Shown piece after piece: positions 57,008-64,000 of a stretch of 64,000 nucleotides of DNA. The position numbers and the translations under genes are program-made. This DNA comes from Actinomycetes bacterium (GTDB taxonomy: Bacteria; Actinomycetota; Acidimicrobiia; Acidimicrobiales; JAMCPL01), in NCBI GenBank assembly GCA_021846515.1, contig JAJZWU010000009.1, forward strand, positions 1,587 through 65,586, read 5' to 3'. Numbering within the stretch: the first letter of the stretch is position 1; each line of letters begins with the position of its first letter. The notes below the pieces were generated by a model. It saw only the letters and a program-made list of their open reading frames with translations, was not told the origin of the DNA and searched no databases.

Positions 57008-57946
57008 TTGGCCAAAGAACGCATAGATAGGGACGATGAAGATCTTGTCAGGCTATACCTTACTGATATAGGTCAGTATATGCTGCTGAGCAAGGATGAC
57101 GAAGTGCATCTCGCTCAGATCATGGAGATGGGGAGGGAAGCGCAGAAAGAGATTGAGTCTGGAGCCAAGAACCTTACCCCTGCGCGTAAAAGGGAACTAA
57201 GGCGAATGCTACGCCAGGGTGAAGAAGCTCAACAGGCATTCGTTAAATCAAATCTACGCTTGGTCGTGTCAATCGCCAAGAAATACCAGGCATCGGGACT
57301 GCCACTACTCGACCTGATACAGGAAGGCAACTTGGGTTTAATGCATGCAGTCGAAAAATTCGACTGGAGAAAAGGTTTTAAGTTTTCCACTTACGCGACA
57401 TGGTGGATCCGTCAGGCCATAACCAGAGGTATAGCAAACACCGGTAGAACCATTAGGTTGCCCGTACATGCAGGTGACACCCTGACTCGCGTACAAAAAG
57501 CACAGGCCAGGCTGGAGCTTAAATTGGGTAGACCTCCCACGCTGGACGAGTTGGGTCTTGAAGTGGAGTTGGCAGGGGATAAACTGGTAGAAGCTCTAAG
57601 ATTCAGATCTGAGCCGCTTTCTCTGTCAGATCCATTAAGAGAGGACGGTGATGCGGAACTGGGAGATGTGGTAGAGGATCGCTCAGCGGAATCACCCTTT
57701 GAAGTCGCCGCTATGACTATGCTGCCCGAAGAGATAGATAAGCTTCTATCCCCGCTTGATGAACGCGAACGTGAGATACTGAAGCTGAGGTTTGGATTGG
57801 ATCGCGGAGAATCGCGAACTCTCGAAGAAGTCGGAGAATACTTCAATCTGACCAGAGAAAGAATTCGCCAGATAGAAGCCAGAGCGATGTCCAAGCTCCG
57901 TCATCCATCTTCAGATACCGGAGCAAGGGATCTGCTTACGGTCTAA
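57008..57946 (+). CDS. RNA polymerase sigma-70 family factor, group 1/2-like (SigB-like size, 312 aa)
   Basis: Region 2 DLIQEGNLGLMHAVEKFDWRKGFKFSTYATWWIRQAITR, region 3, and region 4 TLEEVGEYFNLTRERIRQIEARAMSKLRH. TTG start. Confidence 0.9.
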   Translation: MAKERIDRDDEDLVRLYLTDIGQYMLLSKDDEVHLAQIMEMGREAQKEIESGAKNLTPARKRELRRMLRQGEEAQQAFVKSNLRLVVSIAKKYQASGLPLLDLIQEGNLGLMHAVEKFDWRKGFKFSTYATWWIRQAITRGIANTGRTIRLPVHAGDTLTRVQKAQARLELKLGRPPTLDELGLEVELAGDKLVEALRFRSEPLSLSDPLREDGDAELGDVVEDRSAESPFEVAAMTMLPEEIDKLLSPLDEREREILKLRFGLDRGESRTLEEVGEYFNLTRERIRQIEARAMSKLRHPSSDTGARDLLTV

Positions 57947-57978
57947 TACCGCTTAAATCTGATATTCTCTTCCAAGAC

Positions 57979-58006
57979 TTGACCTACTGCCAAATAGTGC
58001 TATGAT
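57979..58006 (+). promoter_or_regulatory. Candidate promoter TTGACC-N16-TGcTATGAT
   Basis: -35 TTGACC at 57979-57984, TG at 57998-57999, -10 TATGAT at 58001-58006. The ATG at 58014 follows after 7 nt, which is leaderless geometry. Confidence 0.5.
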
Positions 58007-58013
58007 CGTCGAT

Positions 58014-58088
58014 ATGAAGAAACTTTTATTTTTACTCATAGTAGCTGGATTGGGTGCAGTAATAGCCAAAAGGCTATTGGACGCCTGA
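58014..58088 (+). CDS. Small hydrophobic peptide MKKLLFLLIVAGLGAVIAKRLLDA (24 aa), probably leaderless
   Basis: Hand translation. It is a single predicted TM helix flanked by Lys/Arg, with a near-consensus promoter at exactly leaderless spacing. It is not in the ORF track because it is too short. Confidence 0.45.
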   Translation: MKKLLFLLIVAGLGAVIAKRLLDA

Positions 58089-58130
58089 TCAGCCTGGCCT
58101 GATTATTCAGTAGCTATTCACAGCTGCCCA

Positions 58131-58943
58131 TCAGCTGGCTGGGCGTAATTTCATGGGATGTCGTCGTGAGCCGTGTTTCCACATATATACCGCGGCTCCG
58201 GTTGCAGCTGCAAGTGCTACCCCGGTAAACGCCATGGCCTGGATACCTGAGGGAACGGGCATCCTGTCACGCAACCTTACCGGACTGGTAAAGTGCAGTA
58301 TCCCCCATCCCTTATTGGTTGCTGTCCTCGCCAGGTCGCGATCAGGGTTAACCGCGTATGGATGTCCCACAGTTTCAAGCATAGGAAGATCAGTAATTGA
58401 ATCACTGTAGGCATAGGATTCACTCAAATCTATCCCCTTGGCGGCAGCCAGAGATTTGATGGCATCTGCCTTGGCGGCGCCGTACACATATACCTCCAGT
58501 TCTCCCGTATACCTACCCTCTTCATCAACTACTGCCCTACTGGCAATAGCACCGTCAGCTCCCAAGTACTCAGAGAGCGGGATAACAATTTCTTCCGGAG
58601 ATGCAGAGACTATATACACCAGGCGCCCCTCTGCCCGATGACTTTCTATAAGATCAAGGGCTTCTGCAAAGATTATCGGCTCTATGACCTCGCCGAGCGT
58701 CTCTCTTACCAGCCTGGCCACTTCTCTTCTGTCTGCCCCTTTTGCGGTTGCAAGTGCCCTCTCTCTTATCTTTGCCATCCGCTCCTCACCAGCGCCATAG
58801 TGAAGATATATAAGTTGCATAGCCAGCGCACGTACAAGAGTCCGTGTAGACAAAAGACCTTCTCGCAACAGTGGGCGTCCGTAAGCAACCATTGAGGCGC
58901 GAGCAATAATAGTCTTGTCCAGATCAAAGAATGCAGCCTTCAT
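58131..58943 (-). CDS. HAD-IB family hydrolase (SerB-like) with a C-terminal hydrophobic segment
   Basis: Motif I FFDLDKTII, motif II SASPEEIV, motif IV YSDSITDLPML, and a C-terminal TM-like segment AMAFTGVALAAATGAAVYMW. Confidence 0.85.
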   Translation of the reverse strand: MKAAFFDLDKTIIARASMVAYGRPLLREGLLSTRTLVRALAMQLIYLHYGAGEERMAKIRERALATAKGADRREVARLVRETLGEVIEPIIFAEALDLIESHRAEGRLVYIVSASPEEIVIPLSEYLGADGAIASRAVVDEEGRYTGELEVYVYGAAKADAIKSLAAAKGIDLSESYAYSDSITDLPMLETVGHPYAVNPDRDLARTATNKGWGILHFTSPVRLRDRMPVPSGIQAMAFTGVALAAATGAAVYMWKHGSRRHPMKLRPAS

Positions 58944-59188
58944 ATATATACTATAGTAGTAGAGAAAATGTCCTGGTTGGGCGATACCCTGAAAGTTGTT
59001 CTATAATGCGACTCTATGACAATAAGTCTATAATGTCAGAAAAGTCTTGCTTTCTGATGCCGAGTGGGGCTATATTGCGTTATTGCACTTGTTGTAATTT
59101 TTGGGCTGATAGCTGAAGTACCGACTCGGGTGCTGTGACGCTATGGATTATGAGTCTTGATATGTATAAAAAGGAGAAAATGATATAA

Positions 59189-61507
59189 GTGAGTACCATA
59201 CTGGCAACTCAGGGTAATTACCAAAGCTTTACTATGAATTCTGCTGACCGAGCATGGTTGATATTTGCTCTTGTAGCGGCAGTAGCAGCTTTAGCGGTCG
59301 GCTTATGGCTCATGAAGGGGATCCTGCGGCGCGATCAGGGAACACAAAAAATGCAAGAAATCGCCAAGGCGATACAAGAGGGCGCAGTGGCTTTCCTGAA
59401 GAGGCAATTCAAAACTATTTCACTGATTGTTATACCACTGGCAGTTCTTATCTTCTTTACAGCCACGAAGGTAGTGAAACCTGATCATGTCGTAGCTCTC
59501 AGCTTCGCAGACGTAGGGGGATACAGGGTACTGGCATTTCTATTTGGCGCCGCCTGTTCGGGATTGACCGGTTTTGTAGGGATGTCATTGGCGGTCAGAG
59601 GAAACGTAAGAACTGCCGCAGCGGCAAGATCGGGAACGTTGCCCAGTGCGCTCAAGGTCGCCTTCCGTACGGGGGGTATTACCGGCATGTTCTGCGTAGG
59701 ACTGGGGCTGCTCGGAGCATCTACCATAGTGTTTATTTTCCAGAACATGGCAACTGCTGTACTGGTCGGTTTTGGATTTGGCGCCTCGTTGTTGGCTCTC
59801 TTCATGAGGGTAGGTGGAGGTATATTTACCAAGGCAGCCGATGTCGGCGCTGATCTGGTTGGTAAGGTGGAAGCAGGCATCCCCGAGGATGATCCCAGAA
59901 ATGCAGCAACTATCGCAGACAACGTGGGGGACAACGTCGGGGACTGTGCAGGAATGGCGGCTGACCTGTTTGAGTCATTTGAAATAATGATCATAGCGTC
60001 GCTGATCCTGAGTATCACCGCATTTCACTCCATAGGAGTAAAGAATGCTGCTCCTGCTCTGATCTTTCCGTTGATAGTTCCTGCCATAGGCATACTGTCA
60101 TCTGCCATAGGAATCTTTTCCGTAAGAGCAAGCTCTAAAGACAAGACAGCCATGGCGCCGATAAACAGAGGATTCAGGCTTGCAGGTCTGCTTACAGTAA
60201 TTGGGGCGCTACTGGTCGCTCATTTCTACGTACACAACTGGCTGGTATTCTGGGCGGTGTTCACAGGGGTAATCCTGGTACAGGTAGCCAGCTTGATCAC
60301 GGAGCACTTTACTTCTACTGAAAGGTCGCCGGTTAGAGAAATTGCAGACTCCACCCTGACTGGTCCGGCCACTACAATACTCTCCGGAATAAGCTCGGGA
60401 CTGGAGTCGTCGGTATGGGCGATCATAGCTATTGCTGTTGCCCTGGCGGTAGCCGTACTGCTCGGGCATGGTAATGTGGAGCTGATCCTCTACCTGGTCT
60501 CGTTGGTGGGAATTGGCATGCTGTCAACTACCGGAATGGTAGTATCCGAAGACAGCTTTGGTCCGGTAGCAGACAACGCTGCAGGCATCGCTGAGATGGC
60601 CGGAGAATTCGGCGGGGAAGCTGAATCGATTATGGTCAACCTGGATGCAGTAGGAAACACAACCAAAGCTATCACAAAGGGTGTGGCCATCGGGTCGGCA
60701 GTTATAGCTGCCGTGGCTCTATTTGCCTCGTTCGTAGAGACAATCCATTCGGAGGGTGCCCACCTGTCAACCGTTGTCAACATAGCCAACCCCACTATAT
60801 TCATCGGCCTGCTGGTTGGCGGTTCAATAGCTTTTATGTTCTCCTCGCTCACCATAAGAGCAGTAGGCAGATCGGCTGGAACGGTAGTCCAGGAGGTTCG
60901 CCGCCAGTTCAGAGAGCACCCCGGCATCATGGACGGCAGCGAGAAGCCTGAATACAGCCGGGTAATCAGTATTTGCACTGCCGGTGCCCAGAGGGAGCTT
61001 GCCACTCCGGCGCTATTGGCCGTATTGACTCCAGTTATTATTGGCTTCGGTATTGGCTATCTGGCGCTGGGGGCGTTCGTGGCAGCCGTCATCCTCACCG
61101 GTCAGCTAATGGCAAACTTCCTATCCAACTCAGGTGGCGCTTGGGACAACGCCAAGAAATACGTAGAAGACGGCCATCTCGGCGGTAAAGGCTCAGACGC
61201 ACATAAGGCAGCCGTAATAGGTGATACTGTCGGTGACCCATTCAAGGATACTGCCGGCCCGGCGATGAACCCAATGGTCAAGGTAATCAATCTTGTCTCA
61301 TTGCTTATACTCCCAGCAGTCATTACAACGGCACACAACGATGCAGCGCGGTATTCAATTGCAGGAGTCGCCCTGGTGATTGTGCTGGCTGTGATAGCCA
61401 TATCCAAGCGCAAGGTCGATAGCATGGGAGCTTACCCCAATGACTCATCTGAGTCTGGTGGTCCCAAAGCTGAGGTGGCAGATGCTGTTTCCGCTACTGC
61501 CGAATGA
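59189..61507 (+). CDS. hppA: Membrane-integral proton-pumping pyrophosphatase, K+-independent signature
   Basis: GGIFTKAADVGADLVGKVE, DNVGDNVGDCAGMAADLFESF, and GNTTKA (Lys codon at 60665-60667). The start codon is uncertain (GTG 59189 or ATG 59234). Confidence 0.93.
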   Translation: MSTILATQGNYQSFTMNSADRAWLIFALVAAVAALAVGLWLMKGILRRDQGTQKMQEIAKAIQEGAVAFLKRQFKTISLIVIPLAVLIFFTATKVVKPDHVVALSFADVGGYRVLAFLFGAACSGLTGFVGMSLAVRGNVRTAAAARSGTLPSALKVAFRTGGITGMFCVGLGLLGASTIVFIFQNMATAVLVGFGFGASLLALFMRVGGGIFTKAADVGADLVGKVEAGIPEDDPRNAATIADNVGDNVGDCAGMAADLFESFEIMIIASLILSITAFHSIGVKNAAPALIFPLIVPAIGILSSAIGIFSVRASSKDKTAMAPINRGFRLAGLLTVIGALLVAHFYVHNWLVFWAVFTGVILVQVASLITEHFTSTERSPVREIADSTLTGPATTILSGISSGLESSVWAIIAIAVALAVAVLLGHGNVELILYLVSLVGIGMLSTTGMVVSEDSFGPVADNAAGIAEMAGEFGGEAESIMVNLDAVGNTTKAITKGVAIGSAVIAAVALFASFVETIHSEGAHLSTVVNIANPTIFIGLLVGGSIAFMFSSLTIRAVGRSAGTVVQEVRRQFREHPGIMDGSEKPEYSRVISICTAGAQRELATPALLAVLTPVIIGFGIGYLALGAFVAAVILTGQLMANFLSNSGGAWDNAKKYVEDGHLGGKGSDAHKAAVIGDTVGDPFKDTAGPAMNPMVKVINLVSLLILPAVITTAHNDAARYSIAGVALVIVLAVIAISKRKVDSMGAYPNDSSESGGPKAEVADAVSATAE

Positions 61508-61577
61508 ACTCTTCTGCCATTGCACGCCGGCTTTTCGCCTACTTGGTGCTGTCCGTATAGCGTTGAGGTAAAATAAT

Positions 61578-64000
61578 TTGGCTAAGGGCAAGAAAACTTC
61601 TACCGCAGAAAATGACCAGCCAGAGGATACGCCCAACGGCTCATCATATGCTTCGTCATCAAATGCTTCATCGGGAGCAAAGCCTCTGGTCATAGTAGAA
61701 TCACCCACAAAAGCGCGCACCATTAGTAACGTACTCGGCTCAGGATACCTGGTCGAATCATCAGTAGGTCACATACGCGATCTGCCGCGAAATGCTGAAG
61801 AGGTTCCTGAATCCATGAAGGGACTGACATGGGCACGCTTGGGTGTAGATACCGATAATGAGTTCAAGCCACTCTATGTAATACCCAAGGAAAAAAAGCA
61901 GGTCGTATCCAAACTAAAAAATGTCGTTCGCCAGGCAAGCACTATATATCTTGCAACAGATGAGGACAGAGAGGGCGAGTCTATAGCATGGCACCTGCTT
62001 GAGGTACTATCTCCCAAGGTACCGGTAAAACGCATGGTCTTTCACGAGATTACGCCATCAGCCATACAACACGCAGTCCAAGAGTGCAGAGACTTGGACA
62101 GAAAGATGGTTAAAGCCCAAGAAGCCAGAAGGATACTGGATCGCCTCTACGGATACGAACTATCTCCGGTACTATGGAAAAAGGTTATGCCACGCCTGTC
62201 GGCCGGCAGGGTTCAAAGCGTTGCATGCAGGATACTGGTAGAAAGGGAAAGAGAAAGAATTGCCTTCCGCTCCGCTACCTGGTGGGATTTAGATGGCATT
62301 TTTTCAAAGGAAGCCACCGGCAGCCAATTCAAGGCAACTCTTATCTCTATAGGGGGTGATACCGTTGCCACAGGAAGAGATTTCCAAAGTGATGGCTCCG
62401 TCGAATCCGGCAAACACGTAAGGGTAATAGGTGAGGAGGAAGCTGCAAACATTGCTGAACGCCTCTCAGGCACTTTGTTCGATGTGATATCAGTATCCAA
62501 AAAGCCTTACCGTAGATCTCCCGCAGCGCCATTTACTACGTCTACCCTCCAGCAGGAAGCAGGACGGAAGCTGAGATTCAGTTCCAAGCGCACCATGCAG
62601 GTAGCCCAGCGCCTGTACGAACAGGGATGGATTACCTATATGAGGACTGACTCTACAATCCTATCGGAAGAAGCCCTTGCTGCGGCCAGGAGTCAGGCAA
62701 TCTCTCTCTATGGCGCAGAATCGGTCTCCTCGGCGCCTCGCATTTACAAAAACAAGGTAAAAAACGCCCAAGAAGCACACGAGGCCATTCGCCCGGCTGG
62801 AGAAAGGTTCAGGACGCTCGACGAAGCAAACCAACAGCTTCAGGGTGACGAGCTCCACTTATACGAGTTGATCTGGAAACGTACCATAGCATCACAGATG
62901 AACGATGCTACCGGTACTACGGTACAGGTAAGGCTCCAGGGAATTGACCCGGAGACATCTATTCCTGTCGTAATGTCTGCCAGCGGCACAACTATTACAC
63001 AGATGGGATTTTTGAGTGCTTACGAAGAGAGTACCGACGACCAGATACCCGGGAACGATCAGGGCATAAATAATGAAGACGCTAGCGGGAGCAACCGCCT
63101 TCCTCCCCTGGAAGAGGGCGATAAGGTAACTGCAGTATCTCTTGAAGCCAATTCTCATACAACTCAACCACCCCCCCGCTTTACCGAGGCATCATTGGTA
63201 AAATCACTTGAGGAAAAAGGTATAGGCAGACCTTCTACGTATGCCAGCATTATATCCACCATCCAGGACAGAGGATACGCGTGGAAAAAGGGGAATGCCC
63301 TGGTACCGTCATTCGTGGCCTTTGCCGTAGTGGGTCTGCTGGAGACATACTTTCCTCACCTGGTAGATTACGGTTTTACCGCCGCCATGGAAGATGATCT
63401 CGACAACATTGCAATAGGAAACCAGAACGTCGTTCCCTGGCTGAACAAGTTTTACTTTGGCGACAATTCACCTGGGGAGCCTACATGCGACCATTCTGAG
63501 GACAATGCAAATGATAGTGCTCGTGGACTCAAATATCAGGTGGCTGCAGAGCTGGAACACATAGACGCCAGGAAAGTTAATGAAATTGACATTGGAAACG
63601 ACAGTGCTGGAAATAGTGTTCTGGTTCGTGTAGGTCGTTACGGTCCCTATGTGCAGCGTGGAGAGGATAGGGCGTCGGTTCCTGAAGATATGTGCCCAGA
63701 TGAGCTCACCTTGGACCAGGCACTGGAAATTCTTGAAAAGCCAGAGCAGGAAAATGCTATCTTGGGAACTGACCCTTCAAGTGGCCTGGAAGTTTCCCTC
63801 CGTAAAGGTAGGTACGGTCCGTACGTACAGCTGGGCGATGACCATTATACGGATTCTACCAAGGGCAAAAAGGGCGAACCTGCCGGAAAATCTGCCGGAA
63901 AAGACAAACCAAAGCGTGCCTCGCTATTTGCTTCCATGTCACCGGCAGATGTTACTCTTGAGATAGCTCTTAAGCTGCTCTCGCTACCCAGATCCGTCGG
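61578..64000 (+). CDS. topA: DNA topoisomerase I (3'-partial, runs off the window)
   Basis: It is not in the supplied ORF track because there is no stop in the window. Hand translation from TTG 61578 (GAGG 9 nt upstream, in-frame TAA at 61569) gives KPLVIVESPTKARTISNVLG...VGHIRDLP (TOPRIM), LATDEDREGESIAWHL, GWITYMRTDS (catalytic Tyr), and C-terminal GRYGPYVQ repeats of the actinobacterial zinc-finger-less type. Confidence 0.93.
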   Translation, partial: MAKGKKTSTAENDQPEDTPNGSSYASSSNASSGAKPLVIVESPTKARTISNVLGSGYLVESSVGHIRDLPRNAEEVPESMKGLTWARLGVDTDNEFKPLYVIPKEKKQVVSKLKNVVRQASTIYLATDEDREGESIAWHLLEVLSPKVPVKRMVFHEITPSAIQHAVQECRDLDRKMVKAQEARRILDRLYGYELSPVLWKKVMPRLSAGRVQSVACRILVERERERIAFRSATWWDLDGIFSKEATGSQFKATLISIGGDTVATGRDFQSDGSVESGKHVRVIGEEEAANIAERLSGTLFDVISVSKKPYRRSPAAPFTTSTLQQEAGRKLRFSSKRTMQVAQRLYEQGWITYMRTDSTILSEEALAAARSQAISLYGAESVSSAPRIYKNKVKNAQEAHEAIRPAGERFRTLDEANQQLQGDELHLYELIWKRTIASQMNDATGTTVQVRLQGIDPETSIPVVMSASGTTITQMGFLSAYEESTDDQIPGNDQGINNEDASGSNRLPPLEEGDKVTAVSLEANSHTTQPPPRFTEASLVKSLEEKGIGRPSTYASIISTIQDRGYAWKKGNALVPSFVAFAVVGLLETYFPHLVDYGFTAAMEDDLDNIAIGNQNVVPWLNKFYFGDNSPGEPTCDHSEDNANDSARGLKYQVAAELEHIDARKVNEIDIGNDSAGNSVLVRVGRYGPYVQRGEDRASVPEDMCPDELTLDQALEILEKPEQENAILGTDPSSGLEVSLRKGRYGPYVQLGDDHYTDSTKGKKGEPAGKSAGKDKPKRASLFASMSPADVTLEIALKLLSLPRSV

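Overview
This looks like a core-chromosome segment of an actinobacterium with moderate GC (about 50% by eye). The taxonomic call is an inference from an MshA-like GT4, a MarP-like CvpA-protease fusion, an RsiG-like protein, a zinc-finger-less TopA with GRYGPYVQ repeats, and many apparently leaderless genes.

The window is densely coding, with about 57 CDS. Contents:
- a partial TPP enzyme, an aminotransferase and a Gfo/Idh/MocA oxidoreductase
- a five-gene Dpp/Opp-type ABC importer
- proC and an mshA-like gene
- an XRE / RsiG-like / TraR-DksA trio
- two MarR regulators with nitronate monooxygenase, a PaaI thioesterase and an acyl-CoA dehydrogenase
- an RDD protein, a MarP-like protease and a GH15 hydrolase
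- a two-gene Fe-S/flavin redox module flanked by two paralogous, divergently oriented NarL-type two-component systems
- proS, a crotonase, a DUF4388-like PT-rich protein, cysS, valS and glpX
- an ECF sigma / anti-sigma pair, where the anti-sigma carries about 18 hexapeptide repeats
- atpEFHAGDC without atpB
- ilvBNC, with a leader-peptide attenuator that is not in the ORF track
- a stand-alone receiver, a CBS/CorC protein, a GNAT and larC
- tRNA-Ser(UGA), a group-2-like sigma factor, a HAD-IB hydrolase and a K+-independent-type membrane pyrophosphatase
- the 5' two-thirds of topA, which is absent from the ORF track because it runs off the window

I saw no rRNA, CRISPR array, transposase, integrase or recognisable defence system.

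The most unusual signals are:
1. the membrane polyferredoxin plus ferredoxin/GltD-like/flavodoxin triple fusion, together with its dual two-component systems and a dense TACGTA hexamer cluster
2. a family of strand-oriented, cytosine-depleted G/A-rich islands sharing short motifs (GTGGCAG, GGATGCAG, GCGATAG); they sit upstream of or between genes, and one is in frame inside an ABC ATPase gene
3. an atypical F-ATP synthase gene set: no a-subunit gene, a duplicated delta N-domain, an 84-aa epsilon, a gamma insertion and a 181-nt intercistronic spacer
4. an RsiG-like protein whose two c-di-GMP-type motifs are both substituted at the Gln position
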